The notes beneath the pieces are model-generated. The model had not been told where the DNA came from, made no database searches, and saw nothing but the letters and a program-made list of their open reading frames with translations. Of a stretch of DNA of 64,000 bases, positions 35,847 through 49,424 are shown one piece after another (positions within the stretch are counted from its first letter, which is position 1; each line of letters opens with the position of its first letter). The position numbers and the translations under genes were made by a program. Location: positions 115,818,001 to 115,882,000 of the forward strand of contig NC_058368.1 of the NCBI RefSeq assembly GCF_018350175.1, written 5' to 3'. The stretch is from Felis catus (Eukaryota).

Positions 35847-38429
35847 CAGAAGTGAGATAAAAGGATGGATGAGCGATAGAAGGATGAAGGACATGGTAAC
35901 ACAAGGTGATGGAGTGGTTGTAATGATCCATAAAAATTCAAAGATGATACCATGATTGCATGTTTCCTTGCATCCCTACCCTTCCATAGCTTAAAACATG
36001 TTTCTACATACTTTGTCTCATTTGGTCCTCTTACTGAGGTAGGGAGGCCATTACTCTCTCCATATAACAGAGGAGGAGAGTGAGGGTCCAACAAGTGGTT
36101 AGTGAGCAGCCTAGGCAGCCCCAAGACTCTAAACACTGGTGATCGGAATGCTGACGGAAGCTGAGGAAACAGGCACCAGTGCTGCTTTAGCTGTTTAGAC
36201 AGGTTGGCCTGGAGCCGCAGGCAGGGCATGCCTAGCAGACATCGAAAGGGCAGCGCTGGAGCTGGCTCTAGAGGTCGGGGTTGAAGGTGGGGTTTGGGGA
36301 CTGGCTCCTGAAGAACATCATTAATGGTATCGGGGCAAGCAAGCCGGCCAGGGAGAAAGTGCGGACGGAGAAGAGGAAGGCGAGAAAGCAGGCCCGTATT
36401 TAGAGGCCAGGAAGCATCAAAACAGTGGACAGAAAAAGAGCTAGAAGAATTTTCTGGGCAGACGGTGGGTCAACCAGTAGCAAACACTGAATAAATAGCT
36501 AGAAGGGTGAAAACTTCCCGAAGGAGATGGGTGGGTGGAGGGGGCTCGGAGGGAATGTCACAAATCACTGCTGTGAAGATTGGCTATGGGACCACACTTC
36601 AGTGCCTGATGGGACTGTGTTACATGAAGGACACCCTTTTTGAATTGTTTTGTAAAGCAGATAATTGCTCTCGAATACCTCTTTCCCTTTCTCTCAAGAA
36701 GAATTTGCACAGAAAAGTTTTGCTTAAAGCTAGTTATGCCTGCCTGTGGAAGAGAGCACAACGTGTTTTCCAAAATGCTTCCCCTCCCCAGGGCACGGTG
36801 GCCAGGCCAGGTTTCTTCGGTCTGAGTACAGATTAGGCAGGCAATTCTGAGTTTTCAGCTTACACTCAAAGTCAGGGAAATGGTAGGTGTGGGGTCACTA
36901 ACTCTCCCCTCCCCATGACCCCTGGGCCCCATATGGCTCTGTTAGTAAGAGCAGAAGCACTTGCCAGGGACCTGGCCCTTATGTTTGGTTTGTATGCATT
37001 ACCTGCTTGAGAAAATGATCTTCAATGTTCCTGAATCCCTGTAGCTAAGTGATATTTGCGGGGGGGTGGGGTGGGTGGGAGGGGGGGCGGCGCATGGGAG
37101 GTGACAAGATGAGGGACACAATGTTAGAATGATCAAGCATCTGGAAAAGGGTACTGGATCCTCTCTTGTTCCACATCTTAGCTCTTATGGATTTAGTTTG
37201 TATCAGGGTAGAGGTGGGGGCAGAGTAAGTTACAGGACGAAATTCCTGGCCTTGTAGATAGTTTATTTCAATTGAGCAGGGCTCTCTGAGCACCCAGCGT
37301 ATGCAAGCTAAGCACGGTGGGGGACACAGTGATGTTGAAGATAATCCCAGTCTTGAGGCTCTCGCAATCGCCATGCTAACAGACCAGAGTTGCGGTCTCT
37401 TGCACATACTTGCCATGCAAATATTTGTGAAAACAAAATTGAATTAGAATACACAATGCAGGGCTCTAAAAGTGAAGCAATCAATGCACACCATGGAATA
37501 CTAGGTAACCACTTCAATGACAAATATGTTGGCTATGTCGATGTACAAAGACTGTAAATAAAATACAGTAATTGAACAAGGCAGAGACCACACCAGAGAC
37601 AGCTGTTCAAGGCTCTCAGCCAAAATCAGAGAGGCTGTGGAGGGCAGTAAGGATTTACATGCTTGGTGTTCCATAAGTTTCCTTCCTGTAAACTAGCTTA
37701 GGTTCATAACAAAAATGAGTGTTCTAGAAAACAAGTGCTACAGAACTATGGAGGATGGAATGGTCATGGAAGAATGAGACTACAGCTGGGTCTTGATGGA
37801 TGGATAAATTTTACCCAAACCGAAGAGGGTAGAGAGTATTCCAAACAGGGAGAATAGCATATATAAGTGTTCAAAGATAAGAATGTGCAGACTATCATAA
37901 GACATAGTGAGGGCGTCAGCTTAGCTTGGAAAAGTAGATGTGGATCCTGATGTGAAGGCTTACATGCCAACCTAAGGTGTCTAGATTCTGTTTTAGTCTG
38001 AACAGGATTCTGAGTCTCATTAATCTTTACACTTGTGAGGATTAAGTGAGTTAATCCAGGCAAAGTCTTTAGATCAGTACTAAATGTTTGCTTAGTATTA
38101 TTATTTTCATCTTTGTGGCTTGTCTCCCAACTAAACCATTTCTGTTGAGGGCAGGGATTCAATCTTTCAGAGAAGGGAGGAAGTAGTGGGTGATCAGTTA
38201 AGCAAAACTCACCAGGGTAAGGTTCTCAGTGTAAAACATGACTTCTCTGAGATTTGAAGACACTAATCAGGTATTAAGAAGGGGATATCTGGAGTGGAGA
38301 TTGAAGACAGGAAAAGGAGATTCTTCCAGACAAAGGAGAGAGCATATAAGAAAGCCCAAAGAGAAAAGAAAGTACAGAAAACAAAAAAAAGTTTAGCTAC
38401 CGCCTCTGAGAAGGTTTCTGTTTTAAACG

Positions 38430-40595
38430 CAAATGACAAAGAGGTTATAGTAAGGTTGCAGGAAAACCGGGTTCTCACTTAATACACAAAAGTCAGCCAC
38501 TTTCCTATGTACCACCAATGAACAAGTGGAATTTGAAATTAAAAAGTCACCATTTACATTAGCACCCCTCCAAAATGAAAAACTTAGGTATAAATCTAAC
38601 AAAAATATGTACAAGACCTACATGAGGAAAACTACAAAGCTCTAATGAAAGATATCCAAGAAAAACTAAATAGATGGAGGGCTATTCCATATTCATGGAT
38701 AGGAAGATTCAATATTGTCAGGATGTCAGTTCTTCCCAACTTGATATCTACATTCAATACAATCTCAATCAAAAAAATCCCAGCAAGGTATTTAGTGGAT
38801 ATTGACAAACTGGTTCTAAAGTTTATATGGAGAGGAAAGGTCCCAGAATTAGCCAACTCAACCTTGAAAGGGAAGAACACAGAGAAGTGATGTTATTCAA
38901 ATCAAGACTTTCTGTAAAGCTACAGTAATCAGGACAGTGTGATATGTGGAAGATACACAAATGTATCAATGGAACAGAGCCCACATAAATATAATCAACG
39001 GATTTTTGACAAATAAAGGCAATACAATGAAAAAACAATGGTTTTTTCAAGAAATGGTGTTAGAATATTCACATGCAAAAAAGTCAGTCTAAGCATATAT
39101 CTTATACCCTCCATAGTTATCTCAAAATGGATGATAAATGTAAATGGAAAATGGAAAACTATAAAATTCCTAGAATATAATACAGGAGAAAGTCTAAATG
39201 ACCTTGGGTTTGGCAATGACTTTCTAGACACACCACCAAAGTCGTGATCCCTGAAGAAATAGTTGATAAGCTGGACTTCATGAATATTAAAAACTTCTAC
39301 ATGTTCTCAACATTAAAAAAATGATAATTACGTAACATGATAGATGTGTTAGCTAATGCTATAGTGGTAAGCATACTGCAAAATATAAACGTATCAAATC
39401 AGCAAGTCAACTTGTTTGACTTGTATACAAGTCAAACTTGTATACCTTAAGTTTATACAATGTTATGTGAATTATATCTTAATTATGAAACAAAACAAAA
39501 CTTCCGTGAAAACGTCAAGAAAATGAGAAGACAAGTCACAGAGAGAAAATATTTGCAAGAGACACATCTGATAAAGTACTGCTATGCAAAATACACAAAG
39601 AACTCTTGAGGATTTAAAAATAGGCAAAAAACAGGTATCTCACCACAGAGGATACACAGATGGCAAGTAAGCGTATGAAAAGATGTTCAACATCATATGT
39701 CATTAGGCAATTGCAAATTAACACAATGTAACACACCTGTTAGAATGGCCAAAATCCAGAACGCGAACAACACCAAATGCTGGCAAGGGTGTGGCGGAAT
39801 AGGCACTCTCATTCATTGCTGGTGGGAATGCAAAACGGTACAGCCACTTTGGAAGACAGTTTGGCGGTTTCTTACTATACTCTTACTCTACCATCCGGCA
39901 ATCATGGTCCTTGGTATTTACCCAAATGAATTAAAAACTTATGTCCCCACAAAAACCAGCACAGGGATGTTGATAGCAGCTTCATTGGTAATTGCCAAAA
40001 TTTGGAAGCAACCAAGATGTTCTTCGGGAGGTGAGTGGGTAAATAAACTGGTACATCTAGACAAAGGGGCATTATTCAGGGCTAACAAGAAATGAACTAT
40101 CGAGCTATGAAATGACACGAAGCAAGCTTAAATGCATATTGCTGAAACAAAGAACCCAATCTGAAAAGGCTACACACATCCTGTATGTAGCCAAATAGAT
40201 GACATTCTGGAAAAGATAAAACTATGGAGACAGTAAAAAAAAAAAAAAAATCAGAGTTGCCAGTGGGTAGAGAGGAGGGAGGGACGAACAGGTAGAGTAC
40301 AGAGGACTTTGGGGACAGTGAAACTATTGTGTATGATACTACAGTGGTGGATACACGTCATTATACATTTGCTAAAACCAAAAAAAATGACCAACACCAT
40401 GGGTGAACCCTAATATGAACTCTGGACTTAGAGTGATAAGTGCCGTGTCAATATGGGTTCATCACTTGCAACTAATGTACGACTGTGGGCGGGAGGGGCA
40501 CGTCAATAGTGGAGAAGCCTATGCATGTGTGGGTATGAGTAAATGGGAACTCTATACATTCTGCTCGATTTTGCTGTGCAGTTTTAACTTAAAGC
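38430..40595 (+). mobile_element. 5'-truncated old L1 (ORF2 3' half + 3'UTR), with a nested L1 3'-end fragment at ~39298-39496
   Basis: ORF remnants LNRWRAIPYSWIGRFNIVRMSVLP and HCWWECKTVQPLWKTVWRFL. Nested fragment flanked by aaaacttc (39290-39297, 39497-39504). Confidence 0.93.
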
Positions 40596-43500
40596 AAATG
40601 ACAATTATGAAACAGTGTTTATGCCACATTATCTGTCATTAGAATGTTTCTTGTATTTTCCAGTGGTCTTTTAGACACTGTGGTCTGTGGTAGACATCCC
40701 TGAAATATGACAGAGCATGAACACAGGGCGGTAGTGACCTACCAGAACTTGCTAAGAAACCTCCGTGCCTGTCCTGCTCAGCCATTAATTAGCTCTGTGG
40801 CCTCAGATAGATCTCAGACTCTCCCTCCCCCACTCTCTGGAGCCCAGTTACCTCCTCCCCAACAAAGAGTTTGGATGGATCATCCCCTCGGCAAGGCCCC
40901 TTCTAGCTCTCACGTCCTATGTCTGTGCCAAAAAATTTGGAAGCTCTGGCTTTCTGGTACTTCACTTGAGAGAAAGACCTTGGAGATCAACCTCCAAGGG
41001 CTCAGCCAAACCCAAAGCCCCAGCTGTAATTCAAAAGGCCTGACAAACAAGAGACCAGCAAAACCCTAAGGACGGATGGGATCCATTAGGCCTGCTGGGG
41101 ACTGTCATACATGGGACCTTCGAGCTCTCGGAAGGTAGCAGCAGCTCAGATACATAAGCTCTGCCCAAATAAGTGAATCCCAGGCCCCTCTGATCAGATA
41201 GCTCAATGCTGCCCCAGCAGTCCTGTTGGTCATTTCCCCCTTATGCTGGTTGCCAACAGGGCTAGCTGGAAAGACTGGCTCTGACAGCTCCAGGGAGCAT
41301 GTCTGGTGCCAAGGACTCTGGGCTGCAGCATGCAAGGAGGAAGCAGAGAAAAGACAGCAAGCAAACCAGGCCTGGTCCAGCCCTACCCAGGATCACTGGG
41401 ATGGATGAGGGAGGCCTCATTGCACCTTCTGCGGCCACCTCCCATAACCCTGCAGGCCTGGCACTGAAGGGCTCTCTAAGGGGCCCATGACCCTGGAGAG
41501 GGGAAGGGCCATGGCTGTCTGGACCCAAGAGTCTCTGGTGGATTTCCATCTCTTCTGATCAGAACTGAACTCTCTTTAATAAAATCCCCTGGTGCTAAAT
41601 CAATTAAGTTTTGACAAGGATAAATCTTTTTGGTTTGCAAGACAATATCAAGAGTGCAGAATTTCTGGTAAACGAGAAAAAGAAAAAAACCCTGAATATT
41701 TTTCTTAAGGGTGATGAATTATGCCTTCCTTGTTGTGTCCTACAGACGGAATTACTCAACCGGCTTGTTCTGTTTTAATTAACCCAGCTAATAACTTCCC
41801 TGCTGGATTCCCTTGTTCATAACTTCTTGGTTTCACATAATAACGTGTTTGTTTCTTCCTTTGTGTTCTAATGAAATGATAATAACCTTCTCTGGCATTC
41901 ATTTCATCCTTAATATCCGGAGATTTCATTAATATAAACCCTCTTTCCATCTGCTCTTGCTCCCTTTTAAAGGAAATATTTCTCCGTTTTCTTTACTTGT
42001 CTTCTTTGGGGAGGCTCAGCTAATCTCCTCTTTCCTCCAGAAAGAATCTTTCTGTAAGGCTTCCCTGGGCCGCCGGGGCTTGGCACGGTTTCCATTGGCC
42101 ACCTCCCTTTCCAGGGCCTCACTGATGTCTCCTCACTGCTGCTTCAGGGACAAAGACCATGGTTCACTTTGAGTCTATCCCTTGGAGGAAGGCAAGGGCA
42201 CTAAGTTGCTCACACCTTTTTAGGGTGGGGGCAGGTAGGAGAGTGAAAATGACACTGGTGATGGTTCTCTGCAGTGACCACAGGAAACATCAAGACCAGG
42301 AACAGCCCATAGGGAGGCACTGGGAGGTGGGAACAAGAGGATGGCCCAGAGGTCAAGGAAGAGCCAGGCTAACCAAGATACCAAGATCAAGTAGGGATGG
42401 TGCAGTCCGGCAGTTCATCGATAACCTCTAGTGTCTGGTTGTCTTCTTTCTTGTTTTGGTCAGGAGCTAAATCCTGACTATTAACCAGTGTCAGGATAGA
42501 AAAATTGCTACAGAGTGAAAGCCCTGTGTTTAAAATAATGCTGCACCGAAGAATCTACTGGATCCCCACTGCTCCGCACAAACTCAGCACAGGTCTTGCC
42601 ACTGTGGGGGGCGGAGACTCCACTTCTGCCTCCAAGGAGTTTCTACATGGGTGCGAAACTGACACGACGCTCCCCACAGCACCAGCAACCTCAGATCCCG
42701 AGGTCTGGTGCCCACTGAATGTGCCTACCCTGGAGGTCATGGGGAGGGAAACTTGCAGCTGAGTGGCCAGGAAAAGCTTTCACTCTTTCCCTGAATATTT
42801 TCTTTGATTTCTACTACCATCCAGACTAGAAGCCTCTCCAGGGGTCCTTCTATTCTGTCAATAGTATAGACCCCTGGAGTGTGTTGAGGGGCTGTTGGGA
42901 ATAGAGCAGTTCGAGCCTTTGAGTCAACTGGTCGAGGGGAGAAGTAAAGGCCCTGCAGCCAAACCCAGCCCAGGGGAGTAGAAGTGAGCCGGCAGACGTT
43001 GCAGTCAGGAGCCTGCAGCCAGGCTCCTGAGGTCTGCTCGAGGGCTCTGCAGGGATGGAGAGCTTGAGGAAGAGGGCAGGGCGCTATTCTGCCAGCCCAG
43101 CTCCGCACACCCCAGCGCTCCACCCACCCCACAGTGTCTTCCAAACAGCCCTCCATGGATGCAGGGAGGCTGCTTCCACCAGCTGGCAGGGCCCATTCTT
43201 GCTGCCCGGGACACCTTTACCCTATTTCCTTCCACCCGGTCACCCCCCAACCCTGCCGTGTCCTGCCACATGCACCCGGCGGGTACGGCAAATGTGGCCA
43301 TTGCAGCCTCTGAGTCATCCCCCTCTAATGTGGCAGCAGGGTGTGGGGTGGGCCCAGGCCTCCCTCTGACACAGAAGGAAGATAGAAGAGCTTTTATCAC
43401 CCACAACAGATGTACTTCTTCAGATCCCCAGGAGACACTGTGCCCTGTCGCACTCGCTCTGGCTTCTCGGCCAGGGTCAGCATGCTCAGGTATGGGCATC

Positions 43501-44598
43501 TCGCTCTGCATTTAACATTTCCCTCTGTACTTTCTGGGGCTGGCATGGGTGTCAAGCAGGAAGGATGACACTACAGAGGCAGCAGGGGAGGAAGCACTCA
43601 TGACTGAGTGCTCTGCAGGGAGCCGTGCACACAGGGCAGGCCTGGTCCTGCTCAGTCACATGTGATCTTACAAGCGTGGCTCTCGGTGGTCCTCCGTGGT
43701 AGCCACCCCTTCCCGATTCTCCCTGCTTCTCAGCCCCTGCAACTCAACCGGTTGGCTGCAGTGAGTGATGGTGCTGTGTCTATGACCACAGGAGCCTGGC
43801 CTCTGGCTACATGGTCTGTGCAGAGGACACAGACATGGCTTCTACCAGGTGTCCTGTGGGCAGGGATGAGCGGGGCTCCTGTGCGGGGATACCTCTGGGC
43901 AGGCAAGCAGTCTAACTGTGCTGTGACTTTCTCGCTTCGTTGGGCTCCAAGTGGTCAGCCTCCAGATTCCAGGCTCAGGCAAGGCTGCCTCTAGCCCAAC
44001 GCCGACCTAGGAATGAATGCTGAGTAAACCCCTCCAGGGCCAAAACCCCTGTTTCTTCTTCTCTCGGAGGTCTGAGGTCACTTCTTACGCTACATCCATC
44101 CCAGAGTGGATGCAATGGGCCCCAGCCATTAGCTGTATCACCTGAGCTCACCTTGCAAGCACATTCCCTCCGGGCCTTCAACCAGGCAGTCAGACACAGC
44201 CTCTGTGACCATGGAAGGAAGAAGCTGCTTGGCTCCTGAGGGGATGGAGCTTAGGGCCCCGTGCCAGTCACTCGCTACCAGGACTGTACTGTTGGGATGT
44301 CCCTCCTGCAGCCTGACCTTCATTTCTTCTGCAGAGTCAAGATTTTCATACAGTCCTGTTCTAAGAGGCCAAGAGGGACCTAATGAAAGGAGGTGGTACC
44401 TGGCAAGGGTCACAGCTGCCTCTCTGGGAGACCATAGTGGGAGAGCTCGCAAGCGGGAGTGGTGGTCTGTCCCCCCGCCACCACCCCTGCTCCCTACCGT
44501 GGTTATTCTTGGCTCACTCTAGGCCCAGATGCCTCACCTGTGCCCTATTACTCCATCCTATTTGGAACCTTCACTGGAGTGAGTTCCAGGCAGCTGCT

Positions 44599-44736
44599 CT
44601 CCTCCTCCCCCCTCCTCCTCCCCCCTCCTCCTCCCCCCTCCTCCTCCCCCCTCCTCCTCCCCCCTCCTCTTCCCCCCTCCTCCTCCCCCCTCCTCCTCCT
44701 CCCTCCTTCCCCCTCCTCCTCCTCCCTCCTTCCCCT
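44599..44736. repeat. Homopyrimidine minisatellite, ~13-bp unit CTCCTCCTCCCCC
   Basis: About 138 bp consisting only of C and T, with regular period. Confidence 0.93.
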
Positions 44737-45863
44737 ACCTTTAATCTCCCTCTTGTACCTGAAGCCCTCTGCTTCCCTGCTTAGAGGCTGTGGGATTGCT
44801 CCTCAAAGAATATACAAGACAGGAAAAGGAATGACTCTACTGGCCTTGGATGGGATGGCTACCAGCTCACAGCTTTGTCTAACCTCTCTCTGGGATACCA
44901 AGATGTGGACTTCCAGAGATTGGGGCTATGTCTCTACTCTGTCCCTTGTCCTGGGAAGAGACTCACTGTGTTAAAAAAAAAAAAAAAATGGAACCATCTC
45001 CTTCTTCACACTATCACCTACTGCCGGCCCCATAGTCCTCCACCACTGGCAGAGGCAAGAGGCAAAAAAAGAGCTCTCTGGCCATCAGTCAATTCCCCCA
45101 TTGCCAATACTCTCATGCCTGGGGCAGCCATCCCTGCAAAGCAAGAAAGATAACAAGATGAGCATGAATGCCCAGGCCCTGAGTCCCATCACTGAGGCAA
45201 GCTGTGCAAGTTGCCCAGTTCATAGAAATGAAGCCAGCCACCCTGACAGCCTCCCCCAGATCTCCACTTTTCTGCAGCAATGAACCTTGTGGGCCACCTC
45301 CTTCCTGAAAAATTTCCCTCCCGTGTCTTCCTTCACTAATGATAGATTTTTCCTTTTCCTCTCACTCTGTCCATGCAAGTGCTTCTCAGGATTCTGTCCT
45401 GGGTCATTCATCCATTCATTTTTTCCTCCCTTCTATAAGCGTTTCAGCCTTGCTCTGGGCCAAATGTTGGGCTGGGCATTGGCCATTTACTTCTCACACC
45501 CACCTCTAGGACTTCCTTAAGCCCCACAGCACTACCCACCTCTTCTCCTAGCACAACCCAAGTGTGTCTCCCACGCTGGCCTTTCCTAATGGTCAGCCCC
45601 ATGTTCTCAACTCCAGCCGGGTATCTGACCCTGGAAGGTGAACCTCAAACACTACAAATGGAGCTTAACCCCTTTTCCTGGAGCCTGCTCCTTCTGGTTC
45701 TTGATTCTCTAACTTCTGTTACCTGCCTCAGCATCTTCTTGGCCACTGGAGCTGCAAATCAGGAGCCATCTTTGACTGACAGCTTGGCATCACATCTAGT
45801 CACTGGCTGTGCCTGGCGAGTCTTGCCAGCATGATGTTCGTCTAACACGTCTGCCCCTGCCTC

Positions 45864-46086
45864 TTTTTTTTTTTAAATTTTTTTCAATATTTACTTATTT
45901 TTGAGACCGAGAAAGACAGAACATGAACGAGGGAGGGTCAGAGAGAGGAAGACACAGAATCTGAAGCAGGCGCCAGGCTCCGAGCTGTCAGCACAGAGCC
46001 TGATGCAGGGCTCAAACTCACGGACTGTGAGATCATGACCTGAGCCGAAGTCGGATACTTAACCGACTAAACCACCCAGGCACCCC
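45864..46086 (-). mobile_element. CAN-SINE
   Basis: T tail, full body, flanking gcctcttt repeats. Confidence 0.9.
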
Positions 46087-48049
46087 CCGCCACCCCCGCC
46101 TCTTTATTTATTCTCATCACAGCCGCCACAGTTGAGGCTCTTCCAGAGTCTCCCAACTTCCCCGCTTCATCCTGGCTTTCTAGTCCATGACCACCCAAAA
46201 TATCCCATACAAAGTAGCTGGATTAATCTTCCCCAGAAAGCTTTTTATCTCGTCACACCTCTACTCCACAGCATTTTTGAATGCTCTATCAGCTCTCCTG
46301 TGTCCATATCCTATGGCTTGTCATTCAAGGCATCCATATTGTGTTTTCCCTCATTGTCCTGGCCACATGGGTCCCAAACACACCCTATGCCTTTGCAGTG
46401 GTGCTTATTCTGGCCCCTAGACTCTTTATGCCCTCTCGGCTATTTTTAAGCCTACCCATCCACGAAGAGCAGGATCAGCTGTTTCTTCCCTCAAACATGT
46501 CATGCCTTCTACTACAATGATTCCTGTGGCCTCGTTAGTCTAAGTAGACAATAATCTTTAATTTACAGAAACTTTTCCCCATTCCTCATTGTACTCCTAG
46601 CATCTAACACAGGAGGGTGTTCACAGTGCTTGTCAAATGAATGAATTTATAATTCCTGTGGGCTACAAGCTCTACAGAAGGAGGGTGTGAGGAGTGGTTA
46701 CAGTTGTACGGAAATGTCTGCCAAGCACATTTCCATCTGAGTACAAAGGAAATGGTACCTACAGGAGGCTACTTGTAAGTTTTTCTCTTAATGTTTTTAA
46801 CAACAGAACTGCTTCTCCTCCCTGTCAAAAGATTGGATACCGTAGCTTCTCAAGGATCCCTCCAACACTCAGCCTCCTTCCTCTGGGTGGGGTTTGGTAT
46901 CTCATAAGCCCCTCACAGGTCAATCCTCGCAGCAGCTGCTGGGTCACTCTGTCAGTGAGAAGAGTCATCTCCATATTCTAGGCAATTCTGACTCTACCTT
47001 GGGGACAAAGGAAGAGAATCACCAACTGAGACGTTACTGCTCATCTGTTGAATACATGATGGCACTTAGGTTGAGCCATTTCAACATAATTCTTGACCTA
47101 AGATATCCCATCAGCTTCAGAAAGGGCTTTTGTGCTTACATTTTAATAAGGTTGGTTGTGGGACAAACCATGATTAGAGTGTTTTCCCATAGCACCTTCC
47201 CCCTTTCCTAAATCTCTCCTGCTCCTAGTCAGGACTGGATTTATCCTCCCTTAAACCTAAGCAAAGAACCAGCCTAAAGCATGACTGGCCTGTTTCTACA
47301 AATTTGCTGTTTCATGCTTTCCCTGGGGGAAGGGAGGTGAGTGAGTTCTAAAAGAGGTTTTCTCTTTCAATTTGCTGGAGTAAACCGAAGGACTTGGCTA
47401 CGCAGTGAAGAGGTGATCGCATGTACACAGCACTGAAAGCGAGATGTTTCCTATTCTTTAGGAAACTATCTGCAAAGAGATGGTTTATGTTTTATCTGTT
47501 TTAGCCACGTGTAGGGTATTTTTGGAAAAGGATTCAACAAGAGAACAAAAGTCCTCCAGGTCTCAAAGTTAGAAAAGTAGCAGAGTTCAGTTGAAACTTT
47601 TAGACAGGTTCCCTTTGGTTTGTGTTTCTTCTCCTGGCAGGAAGTCTGCTTTCCATCTCTGTAGATCACACTTGTGCTTCTGATGATAAAATGCATGCCT
47701 CACTGACTTCCAGATACTCACTGCTGCTGGCCCCGCTCAAGGCTCCACTTGCCAAAAATGGCTGGAGAATAACCACCAGGGGGACAACAAAGGCCATACG
47801 GGCAACCAAGTAGGGGCTCAGGGTTCAGGGAGGGGCAGCCCATGGGTGGAGCCTGATGGAAAGGGTAGTCTGCACTAAAGGAGACACATAGGCCAGGGGC
47901 TCCTGTCTGTAGTGACAGAGGTGTGAATAGAATGCTAGCCCACTAGACAACACCAAAGAGCCAATTTATCTGTGTCTGTTCCACATGGTGACAGGCAGAC
48001 TGGTGGCCAGCAAGAGCAAGAGGGTACACATCCAACTAGAATAAAAAGT

Positions 48050-48285
48050 CAAGGGCACAAGAGCGTTGAGTCAAATGGACCTGAGTTTGATTGCCAGCCT
48101 TGTCATTCATTCTCACTAGCTGATAACTTAAGATTCACCATCTCACCTTGCTGAGCCTCAAGTTCCTCATATGTAAAATGAAGAAAATGATACTTTACAA
48201 AACTGTTGGGAAATGAAAGGAAATGATAGTATAAAGTGCCTAGGACAAGATCTGTCACACAAAAGGAACTCAATTTGCTGATATT
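48050..48285 (+). mobile_element. MIR
   Basis: gagtcaaatggacctgagtttga...gagcctcaagttcctcatatgtaaaatgaag. Confidence 0.72.
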
Positions 48286-49424
48286 CTAGCGAAAAAATAT
48301 ATAAATGTAACCCCAAATCCTGAAGGAGTTCATAATCTACCTGAAAATACAAATTATATGAACATTAGCAAACAAAACATGATATGATCAAGCGCTAGAT
48401 TGTGGGAGCACAACTTTAAACGTAGCAGTTCAGAGATAAGATCTCTGAGGGTCACAGTCATCAAGACAGTCAAGGTGGACAAGGTAGGATGAGAGTAGTC
48501 TTTGAACGCAGGATATGAAGGCAAAAAGTAGAGAGCAGGCCCTTCCCCTGATCCCAGGCCGTAGGGGAAATGCTGGGGCCAGGTTTAAAGAGTGAAGCTC
48601 CAAAGGCCAAGAACAACCAAGTTAATGGGATAAAGAGCCAAGTAGGGGGAGACCAGGTTTTCAGGCCTTGTGGCAGGTTCTGGGAGTACGGTGATGAACA
48701 ATGAGTCTAGTGGGTAAAGCAAGCCATGAAATAGGTACTATGAGAGCTTCCATATCTTGCTGGTGAGAGATGGATGGGTATAAATGACACAGAGGGGAAT
48801 TTGGTAATAGCCACAAAAACTTTAAACGCACATACCCTTTGATCGGGCAATTTTCACTTACAAGAACGAATGATGTTCACTGATCAGTTTAGTAGCAGAA
48901 GATTGGAAACAGCTATCAACTAGAACAAAACCCCAATAATCCCAGTTAACATTCACAGAACACTCTGCTGAACAAGAGAACATATTTGCTTCAAGTGCTT
49001 ATGGAATATTTACCAAGCTAGATCATATTCTGGGCCATGATACAAATGTCAATAAACTTTAAAAGATTCAAATCCTACAGTTCATAATAGAATTAAATTA
49101 GAAACCAGTAACTGAAAGTTATAGGGAAAATCCTCAAATGCTTATGAATTAAACAATACATTTCTAAACAACCCAGGAGTCACAGAATGAATCACAAGAA
49201 AAATTAGAAAATATTTGGAATCAAATGAAAATATGACCTATCAAAATTTGTGGGATTCGATTCAAGCAGTAGTTAGAGAAACAATTATGGAATTAAACCC
49301 TTATGTGAGAAAAGAAGAAAGGTCTCAGTCAGTGACCTATGCTCCCACTTTAAGAGACCAGAAAAAGAGCAAGTTAAACCCAAAGTAAACAGAAAAAGGA
49401 AATAATAAAGATTGTGTTCATGAA

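Noticed and set aside
44383..44974. Proline/serine/leucine-rich ORFs
   Set aside because: Translation of the C/T minisatellite.
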